From contig NC_135764.1 in NCBI RefSeq assembly GCF_052425735.1, positions 25,296,001 through 25,360,000 of the forward strand: a stretch of 64,000 nt of DNA, in the 5' to 3' direction. Both the position numbers and the translations under genes were made by a program. Origin of the DNA: Oculina patagonica (Eukaryota). The notes under the pieces are model-generated. The model made no database searches. It saw only the letters and a program-made list of their open reading frames with translations, and was not told the origin of the DNA. Below, one piece after another: positions 26,001 through 35,905 of the stretch (positions within the stretch are counted from its first letter, which is position 1; the number at the start of each line of letters is the position of its first letter).

Positions 26001-28141
26001 ACTGCACTGCAATGAGAAAGTTGTATAGATCTGGTCCGGCCATTTATCGAGATGACATTGCCACAAGAGACGTCAACAAGCTAAAACAGGTTTACCGTAA
26101 CACAACTATAACATTAAAATCATATAACGCACCCTCAAATTTGGTAGCGCGTCTTTGCAATAATCGCTGATCGAAGAAACGTAATCTATTGTAATTGCAG
26201 GACCAACTGCCGCGAGCTTTTTTGAAAAGGCTAACACTTGAGTGTCGAAAGTTAATTGCGTTTGCTTTGGTTTTGCATTGCTACGCTTAGTGATTGGCTT
26301 AAAAATCTCGCGCCACTTTCTCAGCCAATCAGAACTAAAACCAAAACCAATCGTGACTCGCTCGCGCACGTTTTCACGCGCTTCGTGCCGGCTACATGTA
26401 TTTGCTTTGAGTTTTCATTGGTAAACTGGATTATCTGTGTCCTTTGTGATTGGCCAGAGTAATTGCTTTGGTTTTGGTTATACGACACTCAATTGAAACC
26501 TGCTCTATGATACCAAACCGCCTTGAGCGAATCACTCCGGCAAGAAAGAACGAACGGAAAACTTTTCATTCTACATTTACATTCGAAATTACATTTTTTC
26601 CATAGGTAGCTAGGTAGGTAATCTTTATTTTTACGCGCGACGAGAAATGCATCGAGCCTTGGGATTTTCTGTTTTAATTTTAACTATCTACAGAACTCGT
26701 AAATATTTTGTTCGCATCAGAACTCATCATGTGCTGTTTATTACAACTGCCATCATATGGACAGCTAATTACCTGTTATTCATTACTACCGCCTACTAGT
26801 TATTCGTGTCACCTACGCCACAATTTCATTTCATACCCTGCACTGTCAAAATATTTTTTATTCCGTGATGATTCCGTGGATCGCGAACACCCGGAATAAA
26901 ATAAGGCAAAATACAGTAGCTGAAGCCCAGGAGCCCATTACTAATGGGCTCCTGCTAAAGTTTTTACTCGACTCATTTAATTATCATCTGAAAACTCTTT
27001 TTCCTAGCAACTAACATAGATATTTTAACTCTCAAAGGCTAAAGTGGACATCATAGTAGTATTCATGCACTGGGGTGAAGAAATGCTGTTGAGACCACTT
27101 CCATACCAGCTTCATATAACAAAACATCTGATGTCCCTTGGAGTGCAAGTCATCATTGGATCACATCCACACGTGCTTCAGCCTCACTGGATGACCAAAG
27201 ATAACAAACTTGTAGCATACAGTTTGGGAAATTTTCTGTTTCCTCCATTGCGTCCAGTCGGTGGAAATATGCCGGTAACGAACCCAAACGCCAGTAAATT
27301 AATTCAGCTAGATACACAACCGCTATTTAATGCAGCCACCAACGCAAAACCAATTCCTCTGAGCGTTAATTTAGACCGTTCACTGACGCCTATTTTTCCG
27401 TTAAGTCGTAGAGACCGATCGTTGAGATCGATGGGACCCATCTTGGTTTCTGAACGCGAGAGAAAACTGAGGAGAGTGCAAAATACCCATGGGCATACGC
27501 TATAAAAACCCCGCACTCCTACACACGGGCTTTTTGCGCTCCCGCAGTTTTCGATCTCAACGATCGATCTCTCTGACTTTACGGAAAAAAAGGGGACTGT
27601 TAACAGTTTAGCGTAATATGAGCTACAGATCAACAATCACGTTTTGCCGTAAATTCTAGTGCAGAAATACCGAGCTTGTTAACTTAAATGGGTGCTCTTC
27701 AAACAAGACAAGATTAATAATATTGAAGCTTGCCAGGAGTCGTGTGTTAAATTTAAAATCAGTATCCCTTAGATCTAGAAAATTAATTAATTAACATCTT
27801 AAATTAATTCGATAAATACACTTATTTGCAATTAATTTAAGTATCTTATTTCAAACTAGATTGCCGTTTCTTTGACATCTTTTTATTTCCCCAGTGCTTC
27901 AACACCATATCTATTCTTTGCATGCATTGCGTGCCTATAATGACGGAATAATTTTCTTTGTCCCACACGTGACATAATGAACATTTCATCTTTATTTTCC
28001 TTGTTTTCTTTACCTTCAGAATGTGTATGGCAGAATGGGTACGAAACCAAATGTTCCTCTGATTCAAGCTTACGAATACTTCACCTATGGAAACCTGGAA
28101 AAGCTGAAGTTGAACCAGATGATGAAAGTGATTGTCTCGAG
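14691..28141 (+). CDS. capA: CapA/PgsA-like protein copy B, exons 1-6 (no private exon 7)
   Basis: Exons 14691-14748 (MNFIIYFLMSMPYAVTANK), 15006-15252, 23728-23872, 25925-26089, 27038-27274, 28020-28141. Exons 2-6 have the same lengths and phases as copy A and all CapA motifs are intact. In frame with exon 33830-33974 (1119 nt total). Confidence 0.88.
15405..15982. mobile_element. Tc1/mariner (pogo-like) MITE
   Basis: TA|CAGTCAACTCTCTCTAAGACGGACACC ... GTTAAGAGAGAGTTGACTG, with repeated GTGTCCGTCTTA subterminal units. Confidence 0.8.
16301..17809. mobile_element. Mutator-like non-autonomous element with ~350-bp TIRs
   Basis: TIRs CGGTCGGTATAAAACGCAGACCATGCAGACTGCAGAC... at both ends; 9-bp TSD CTTTAAGAG at 16292-16300 and 17810-17818. 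Confidence 0.8.
21573..21750. repeat. Inverted repeat (~75-bp arms), Penelope-like terminal remnant
   Basis: TTGTAAGAAGATAAAAAGCGTTCTCTGG...CAGACTGCTGTCTT and its reverse complement; degenerate relative at ~48875-48990. Confidence 0.6.
22400..22504. repeat. Perfect hairpin: 51-bp arms around a GAA loop
   Basis: GCATGATAGCGATAATTATCAAGGCCTCAGTTTCTGTTATCCGCCTCAGCC-GAA-GGCTGAGGCGG...ATCATGC, inside an AACAATTATTGGA-bounded repeat. Confidence 0.85.
24489..24711. mobile_element. MITE (same family as 3757-3976)
   Basis: AAGCCTGGTTTTCACTAGCGACGCAAG ... CTTGCGTCGCTAGTGAAAACCAGGCTT. Confidence 0.8.
25285..25826. mobile_element. pogo/Tc1-like MITE (TAACTCGAAC family)
   Basis: TA-flanked (T/C)AGTAGAACCCGGTAACTCGAAC ... 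GTTACCGGGGTACTACTG. Relatives at ~30092-30270 and ~54996-55156. Confidence 0.7.
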
Positions 28142-28467
28142 GTGCGTATCATTTTAGAAACAATTACTTTAGAATGTATTTCTTTTAACGGTTCGAAATA
28201 ACTTTACGGCACGGATGACGTAAAATTAGGTCAAACTTTGTTTTCATGTACTTCAATCTTTTCTACACGTGAGATTTTGCCCATTTCTCCAGTCCCTTGT
28301 CACTTCGTTAAATCGAGGTTTTACTGTATTGCTATGTTCTGTGCAAAAAGTCGCTGCCTCTTGTCAACACTTCAATGGACGTTGTTGTAGAGACTTGCTC
28401 GTCTTGGGAGCAGACCCCTTCGTGCGTGCCGACGATAATGAATTTCCACTCAATTTTTATCTTGCAG

Positions 28468-31400
28468 AGCACGTCACCTTGTTGTTTGCGGGAGACATTT
28501 CCTTCTCTGGTCCGCTCAAGTATTACGTGGAACACAAGTACCACACATATAATGATTCGTTCAATGAAGTGGCACCGTACATCAGAGAGGCTGATATTTC
28601 AGTGGGTAATTTGGAGTCTCCTTTTGTCAACAAAGATGTGTATCGCCATATGTACAAAGGAAAAAAGTCAGTTATACTAGATGCCAGTCCCAGCTCCGCT
28701 CCAGCATTGAGGTAAAATTATCTCCTAATACATTTTAAGGTGACTTATGTACATTAGGGAGCAACCTTTTGAAAGCTGTTTTCAATTTAGCGTCGTTTAA
28801 GCAAAAGCAAAGTAATTACTCCGACCAATCACAAAGGACACAGAAAATCCAGTAAACCAATCAAAACTCGAAGCAAATACATGTCGCAGGCACGAAGCGC
28901 GGGAAAACGTGCGTGTGCGAGTCGCGATTGGTTTTAATTTTAGTTCTGATTGGCTTATAAAGTGGCGCGAGATTTTAAACCAATCACTAAGCGTAGTAAT
29001 GTAAAACGCAAATTACTTTCGATAATCAAGTGAAAACCCTCTATCGATCGTAGAGCTAATTCAAACCTGGGCCACGACTGTAAAATTTTAATTTGCTTTA
29101 TAAGGCTATCAAAAGCCAAAGGGTGAAAAAACAAGACTCGTTGGAGACTATTGGCTTTAAACTATGGTGTCCTGGGTAAGCAGACATTTATCTTCGCACA
29201 CTCAATTCTTGGGTCGGGTAACTGCTTCCAAAAGGCCTTATATGAATGGCTCGTTACCCTTCGAGATGAATAAAACAAACAACAGGACAACGCCACTAGC
29301 CCCCCCCCCCCCCCAAAAAAAAAAAAAAATACAGAGGGCCAATAGAAGCACAAGGGTACGAGAGTTGCTAAACAACTGCAATTCTTTCTACACTCTACAG
29401 ACTACTGACATTTAAGCAGGAAAGTTCCATACTAATAACGTAGCATTACCGAGAGCTGTGTAGTGGGTGTCTCGGATTGGTTGTTGCTCGCTGTTTATCT
29501 GTGAAAGAGCTACATTAGCAGTAAAAAACGATTCTAAAAACGTTTAGTTTATTAGTAACTTGCAGTTCAAGACAGAAACTGTGTCCTCCAACAACCTTGT
29601 AGTGTTAATATTATTATGTGGCGTGACATAGTTTTCTGTACCTCTTCAGTTTTGCAGGATTTGATGTCGTCACGGTGGCTAACAATCACTTCAACGACTT
29701 TGGATCTGAAGGTGCCAACCTTTCTGTCGAGGTTCTCAAAACGACAGGGATACGATATTTTGGTATTAGTTTTGGCGAATACGACTCTTCTCAGGTACAA
29801 CGATCATCTCAATTGGCATGTGTCAGAAGCTGCAAGTTTAATTGATCTATCATCATGGCAGACAATATATAACATAGGAATAATTTAACTCATAAATGAT
29901 TTGGAGGGCATTTCAAGTTACATTATAAAATGATGCCAAAAGTGAAATTTTTGCCAAAAATGCTTTATTGGTAGCATGTTTTAAAAAGATTTGTTCTGAA
30001 TGCCATTTTGTTTCCTGCGCTGAAAGCCTCTTCTTAATCATCTTTGATAGATCATTAACCAAGTGAACCGATTTGTGTTTGCTAGAAAATATACAGTTGA
30101 CCCCAGTAACTCGAACTCTGAAGGGAAACGAAAAACAGTTCCAGTTAGCGGGGTTTTCGAGTTAACCGAGTAAAAATGACTGAAAAGTGGGTCCAAGGGA
30201 AATAGAAGTTAGTTCGAGTTAGCGGGGTTGTTCGAGTTATCCGAGTTCGAGTTACCGGGATTCTACTGTATTCAAATTCAATCGGGAATCCGAGAGCAAC
30301 AGGTATGTCAGTCGTGAGACCTTTTTGTACAACCCTTGATAAATAAATTTGATCTGTTTATCTTGACTTATTTTATTCAAATGATACGTGGAAATCATTT
30401 AGTAAGAGCCGGATCTTAGTATTTCGTCGATTCTGACACATCCTTGCCAACAAAAACGCTACAGATCTTCTTATGATGCAAAGCAAAGATCACCGAGATC
30501 CTGAAAGGAAGGACCTCATTTGGAAGAGTCAATTGTCCCACAAGGAAATGAACATTTTGAATTCAAATATCGGACCTGCCTGATCCTCCACTTGTAGACA
30601 CGCTGGAATAAATCTTACATTCGGTTTTTCGTTTTGTTATAGGAACCACTAATTCTGGAAAGAAATGGAATCAAGATTGGATTTCTTGGTTACTGTGACA
30701 TGATATCCATAAACAAAAACTGCACCGAAATGAGAATGCTGTTCAACTCTGGTCCTGCCATTTATCGAGATGACATTGCCACAAGAGACGTCAACAAGCT
30801 AAAGAAGGTTTTGCTCATTTATTTGTGTTCACACATTGCAACATTGACGAGCCTCGGCGTAAAAACATGTTGTTGTTTTTTGCAAAAATAGTACGACCCG
30901 TCTAATTTGCCTCTTCACGCATGTGCTTGACCTATTAAGTTCTGCTTCAGTATCGTCCCCACGTCCCGGTTTTCTATTGATCAGTAAAAACGTAGTCCCT
31001 AGCAAAGTCCGATGCGCAAAGTACTTAGGAAATTAGACATGGCCTTTTCGGCACGTCCCAACCGGGAAAACGGGATTACCTTAAGCTTTCCAAAAACATA
31101 TATTCCTTTTTTCAATGGAATATACCTTTTTCATTACACTTACATGCAAATTTCATGTTGATGGTAAGCACCCTCGCTGACATTACCAACTACACAAATT
31201 GCTAACAATGATATCTTAACTCCCAAAGGCTAACGTCGACATCATAGTGGTCTACATCCACTATGGTGAAGAACTCTACTTAAGGCCACTCCCCTATCAG
31301 CTTCATATAAACAAACACCTGATGTCCCTTGGTGTACAAATCATCATTGGAGCACATCCGCACGTGCTACAACCACATTATATAAAGGAAAACAAGCTTG

Positions 31401-33223
31401 TAGCATACAGTTTGGGGAATTTCATATTTCATCCTAAGGAGACATTTGGTGGTAGCAATCCGGTAAGTTTTTACGGGAACTCAATTAAGATTTTTATAAA
31501 TTGAGATAAAAGTGATCTGAGTTTAGCCAGAAACTCATAAGGGTTCACAGCATGATAAACTTTGCATTTACTGAAAAACTCGGAAAAAAATTCCGAGTTC
31601 CAGATGGGATTTGAACCCACGACCCTCCGTGATCTATTTGGATGCTCTACCACTGAGCTACTGGAGACTCTATGGTGAGCGAGGGTACGGTGAAATGTGG
31701 GTCTTGACTAGAACCGCCGGCGTCACACAGCCACATAGCCTAATCAGGAAAAGCAAATCCCACGAGGTTTTCAGTTAATGTAAAATTTATCATGCACTTG
31801 GCAACTCATAAATAAGGGATTTTTGTTTAAGCTTAATACAGTTCATTCAATCTCGTCCAACATCTTAGAGGTCGAAATATCGTAATGATTTAATTTAGCG
31901 CCTTCCTTCCAATAAGTGCCCCCTGTCTAAGAAGCAACCCCGTTTTTGTTACCAAGCGCCTCTATCCTAACAAGCGACCCTACACCAAGAAACACTGCTA
32001 TTACGTAAGCACCACTGTTACAAACCATATTCTGTTTGAATCACAATGCCATCAGAGTACATTAAGAATAGAATAGAATAGAATAATATCTTTATTAAAA
32101 CACGGTAAAAAAACATCAGGCCTTATTTATATTAATTACTTATAGTAATCTATTATACATTATACAATTCATTACCGTTAAGTATAAAAAACAATAACTA
32201 TTACAATAAAGAAAAAATGCCTGCTTTCCCAAATGCCATGTATTTAACTAGAAATGAAACCGCTGCAGCCAGATTTAAAGCAAGAGAGAGTTTGTGCTTG
32301 CCGCAGTTTTACAGGTAAACTGTTCCACAACACCGCACCCCTATAGCTAAAGCTGTTTTTTTAAAAAGTTAGTGCGGGGGCAGGGAAACAGCTAGTTTGC
32401 CCTCGGAGCTCCTTAGTGAATAAGTAGATATTTCACTACGGTCGGTCAGTGAACACAGATCGCATATATTCAGGGGCATAACCATTTAATGACTTATAGA
32501 CCATAGTAGCTGTTTTTAATTTTGTTGTTTTTTTTTTTCAGAAAGTTTACGGAAGACTGGATAAGAAACCCAATCAATACATGATAGAATCTTTCGAACA
32601 CTACGTTCTTGGAAACTGCGAGAATTTGAGATCGACCGAGATGCTCAAAGTTACCGTTTCAAGGTCAGGAAACTTGCCTAAGGAGTTTTAATATTTTTGT
32701 TAGAATATTAAAATTCGGGCATGGCAAAAGTAAAAACAAGCCTTAATACAACTATTTAACAAATCAGCTACATTTTTCCATGGTCTATACTCTTTTATTA
32801 AAAACTAGCCATGGTATATTGCAATTCGTCAGTTTTGATTGGTTCAGCCGTTGGTTTACAGGCCATGGAATATGAGCTCTTATAACCCACCCATTGGACA
32901 AAACGCATCACGTGGTACAAAATCGGACGGCGGGTATCAGGCAATACCCCTCGGCCGATTTGATACCCGTCGCCTGATGTTTTAGACAAGTACAAAACAA
33001 ACGAACAAAGTCATCTTTTCAAGTCTAACTTTTTAATCAAATCACAGTGTTAAAAAATTACGAAACTAGTCAACCGCAATTACGCTGTGATTATCACTGT
33101 TATGTAGTTGTTTTTTGTTTGTTTTTTTTCAATTTACGTACCGGCGTTAAGCACGTTGTATTGTAGAAATTAATCGGAGGGTTATAAACTAAATAAACCC
33201 TTTTCTGGCTTGCTGGTATATTG

Positions 33224-33254
<31 letters not shown>

Positions 33255-33974
33255 TCAGAATTTCACAGTTGCCCTCGAAGCTTTGCTTCTCGGCCAACTG
33301 TCGTTCATTTTTCAGCCTCGGGCATTATCCTCCAATATACATGGCCAGCCGCCCTGAAGGAGTTTATACTAAATAGACCATGGGGGGAAAACTGTTAAAA
33401 ATGACGTAATAAAATGTTTAAAACTTATGTCGAACGGCTCGCGGTTTTACTGCAAGGTGTTCCGGGGTGGTCCGGGTGTGTTCCTGCTTAATTACAGACA
33501 CCCCGGTTAGTTCCACTCCAGTTTGCTTGCAGTTTGTTGCACTCTGATTTGCTTGCGATTAGTTCCACCCAGTTTGCTTGCGGTTAGTTGCACTCTGGTT
33601 TGCTTGCGGTTAGCTTTTATTTGTTAGTAAGGGCGGAACTTTTTTCAAATTAATAACTCTAATTTAAGATTTGACTCATTGACTCATTGACTCGTGATTC
33701 ATTGACTAAAAAATTTTACTTTTCAAAAAGAGAGACCATCTATCTGCTTTTAATCAGCATTTTTAAATAGTCTTTATAATTTTTTAATTATTATGTTTGT
33801 TTGTTTGTTTGTTTGTTCCTTTCTTTTAGAAATGGTGTCGTGGAAGCAAAATATCTGCCCCTAAAGATTGCATTTGACCATAAAAACAAGCGAATTCATC
33901 CCGAGCCTAAAAAGAAAGCAAAATGGATTACTGTTTGTGGAGATCAGGATGAACGATGCAAAGAATTTCATTAG
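28468..33974 (+). CDS. capA: CapA/PgsA-like protein copy C, exons 2-7 (no clear private exon 1)
   Basis: Exons 28468-28711, 29650-29794, 30643-30807, 31229-31462, 32542-32663, 33830-33974 (…WITVCGDQDERCKEFH*). GT-AG, open. Motifs GDIS, GNLE, ANNH, HYGEE, GAHPH, YSLGNF. In frame with exon 1 at 14691-14748 (1113 nt total). Confidence 0.88.
31575..31670 (-). mobile_element. tRNA-derived SINE head
   Basis: Minus strand TCCAGTAGCTCAGTGGTAGAGC (A box)...GGGTTCAAATCCC (B box); degenerate, not a canonical cloverleaf. Related fragment at ~41040-41100. Confidence 0.6.
32067..32515 (-). mobile_element. L2/CR1 LINE 3' fragment with (TTCTA)n tail
   Basis: Minus strand encodes YKSLNGYAPEYM...SFSYRGAVLWNSLP followed by a pentamer tail. 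Confidence 0.75.
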
Positions 33975-34726
33975 AGTTTAAAACATTTTATTAGAGTATG
34001 TTAAATCCAGGCCTTGCACATGTAATAAATTCTGTGGGACGTTAAAGAACCCACACACTCTTCATAAAGAGTAGGGAACATAGTCCCAGGTGTAATGGTC
34101 TATCTAAATTTCACACTTACATAGGGGGCATCATTACTCATTCCTTCATTACTTGAAAACTGCACTATAAGCAGTCTGGCAAAGTCCCCCAACCAGTGTT
34201 GTAAATTATCCCTGAAAAGCCCTGAGGGGAGTAAATAATAAGATATATACGGTAAACAACTCATCACAACTTCTTAGTACCGAACGATCTACTCCTATGG
34301 AACTTCTATGGACCTCAAGGAGGAGACAGAACTTGGGTGAAACCGAAGTTTATTCAGAACTTCGTTTACAATCGTAAATGTAATCGGCAATGAAATCAGC
34401 CAATGAAAAAGCTTTACAAGTGAGCTTGGTTAAATACGATTTTACAAGCGTATATTGTTTTAATTTTAGTTATATAGAGATAGAGTGGAAGATTGTGTCT
34501 CTCGAAATATCCTTGTTTAACTTTTAGAACATACTATTAAGCTGATTAAAGAAAACAATTATAAAATGTTAGCGTCAACAGCAATCAAGGAAAACCAAAA
34601 AGCTTTCTTCTGTAAACTATCACATCCTCAAATTGGATGACATAAATTTCTTTGTTTATTAAAACTACTGTTGACTTTTTACAAGATTATTTAAATGCTT
34701 TGTCGGTTAAATATAGAAATGGCGGA

Positions 34727-34786
<60 letters not shown>
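34727..34786. repeat. (AAT)20 microsatellite
   Basis: Read directly from the sequence. Confidence 0.95.
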
Positions 34787-34789
<3 letters not shown>

Positions 34790-35316
34790 TTTATTAAAGT
34801 GTCAAAGAGAATACCAGTGGTAAATTCTCTCGTATCAAACAAATAGGGCCACGGTGACAGCTAACTAACCTCTATATATGCTCGTTGATGAACAACAACA
34901 ATTGTTGTCAACCTGAATAGGAATAAAACTGTAATAAAATTTCCCCTTATTACTTTTTCACTTCATGTACGTTTTTATACACAAACGAACATTTACAACT
35001 AAACTAACTAGCATGGCCAGAATAGCTCAGAACAACTTAATCGCTAAAACTAGCCTGGTAGCTTAAAATAATATTCACACAAAAAAAAAATAACCAAAAC
35101 CAAATCAGCATCACACATACCCAAAAATAAACGTTACAAAAAACAAATCGAAAATTTAAACGAAAGACTGAGAAAATTCTCTCGTCGCGGAAACCTGTTC
35201 AGGAATTTTTGGGGAAATAATAGATACCAGTTACTTATTTTGGGTTCTTTGTCGATATTTTTAAAAGCAAACGGAATTTAAAAAACTTACTGTGAGGTTT
35301 CAACTACTTTATCTTA

Positions 35317-35636
35317 GGGCGCGATTTTTTCACAATTCTGGAATGAGAATGGCCAGAATGTAAAATGCACGCGTTTTTTCTATTCCGCATTCCTATTCCG
35401 GAATGGACAGAACGCCAATCCGTCTATTTCGCTCCCAGGGGCAGAATGAACAGCAGCATCTATACTTTCTTCCTCCTACTTTGAAGAAGAAAAATTGCTG
35501 CGATATTTGTTAAACAATCTTTACTTGTGCCAAGACCGCGAATATCATTGCGTTTTTTAACGCAGGCAATCCGAATTATTCCTTGCATTCTGTACCAACC
35601 GTTCTTATTCCAGAATTGTGGGTTAAAAACGCGCCC
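35317..35636. mobile_element. Harbinger-like MITE
   Basis: TTA|GGGCGCG..CACAATTCTGGAAT ... ATTCCAGAATTGTG..CGCGCCC|TTA. Confidence 0.7.
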
Positions 35637-35905
35637 TTAGTGTCCAGTGTAAAGAAAAAGACTAGAACGAAGTAAAAATAATACGACTAAGGTGCGTCTA
35701 AAAGGGAGGTAGCTTGATTATAAATTAAAAATTATAAATAAATAAATAAAAATGCGAAAGATTAGTAAAAGTGCAAAAAAATAATAGGGTTTCGAAGGTC
35801 CACAGTCTTTCAAAAGGAGGTAAATGATATTCCTCTTCACCAAACAGCAAGTACGAAAAAATACCATTCACTGATTTATTTGGTATACAACACAAGCTCG
35901 TTCTT

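Noticed and set aside
28269-28467. N-terminal extension of ORF 28269-28715 as a first exon for CapA copy C
   Set aside because: It starts at GTG and runs through a clear polypyrimidine/CAG acceptor at 28467. The nearby ATG frame stops after 8 codons. The LQSLVTSLNR-G|GT segment only faintly resembles exon 1.
28141-28468. Two-domain tandem CapA protein formed by joining B and C
   Set aside because: A phase 2 donor and a phase 1 acceptor give a frameshift, and the candidate bridging mini-exons I tried contain stops.
31575-31670. Functional tRNA gene
   Set aside because: A and B boxes are present but the anticodon arm and acceptor stem are degenerate, and related flanked copies point to a SINE.
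2685-33974. Bacterial contamination or a cap operon
   Set aside because: Spliceosomal introns at conserved positions, animal transposons inside the introns, and linkage to CFAP210 and AGAP.
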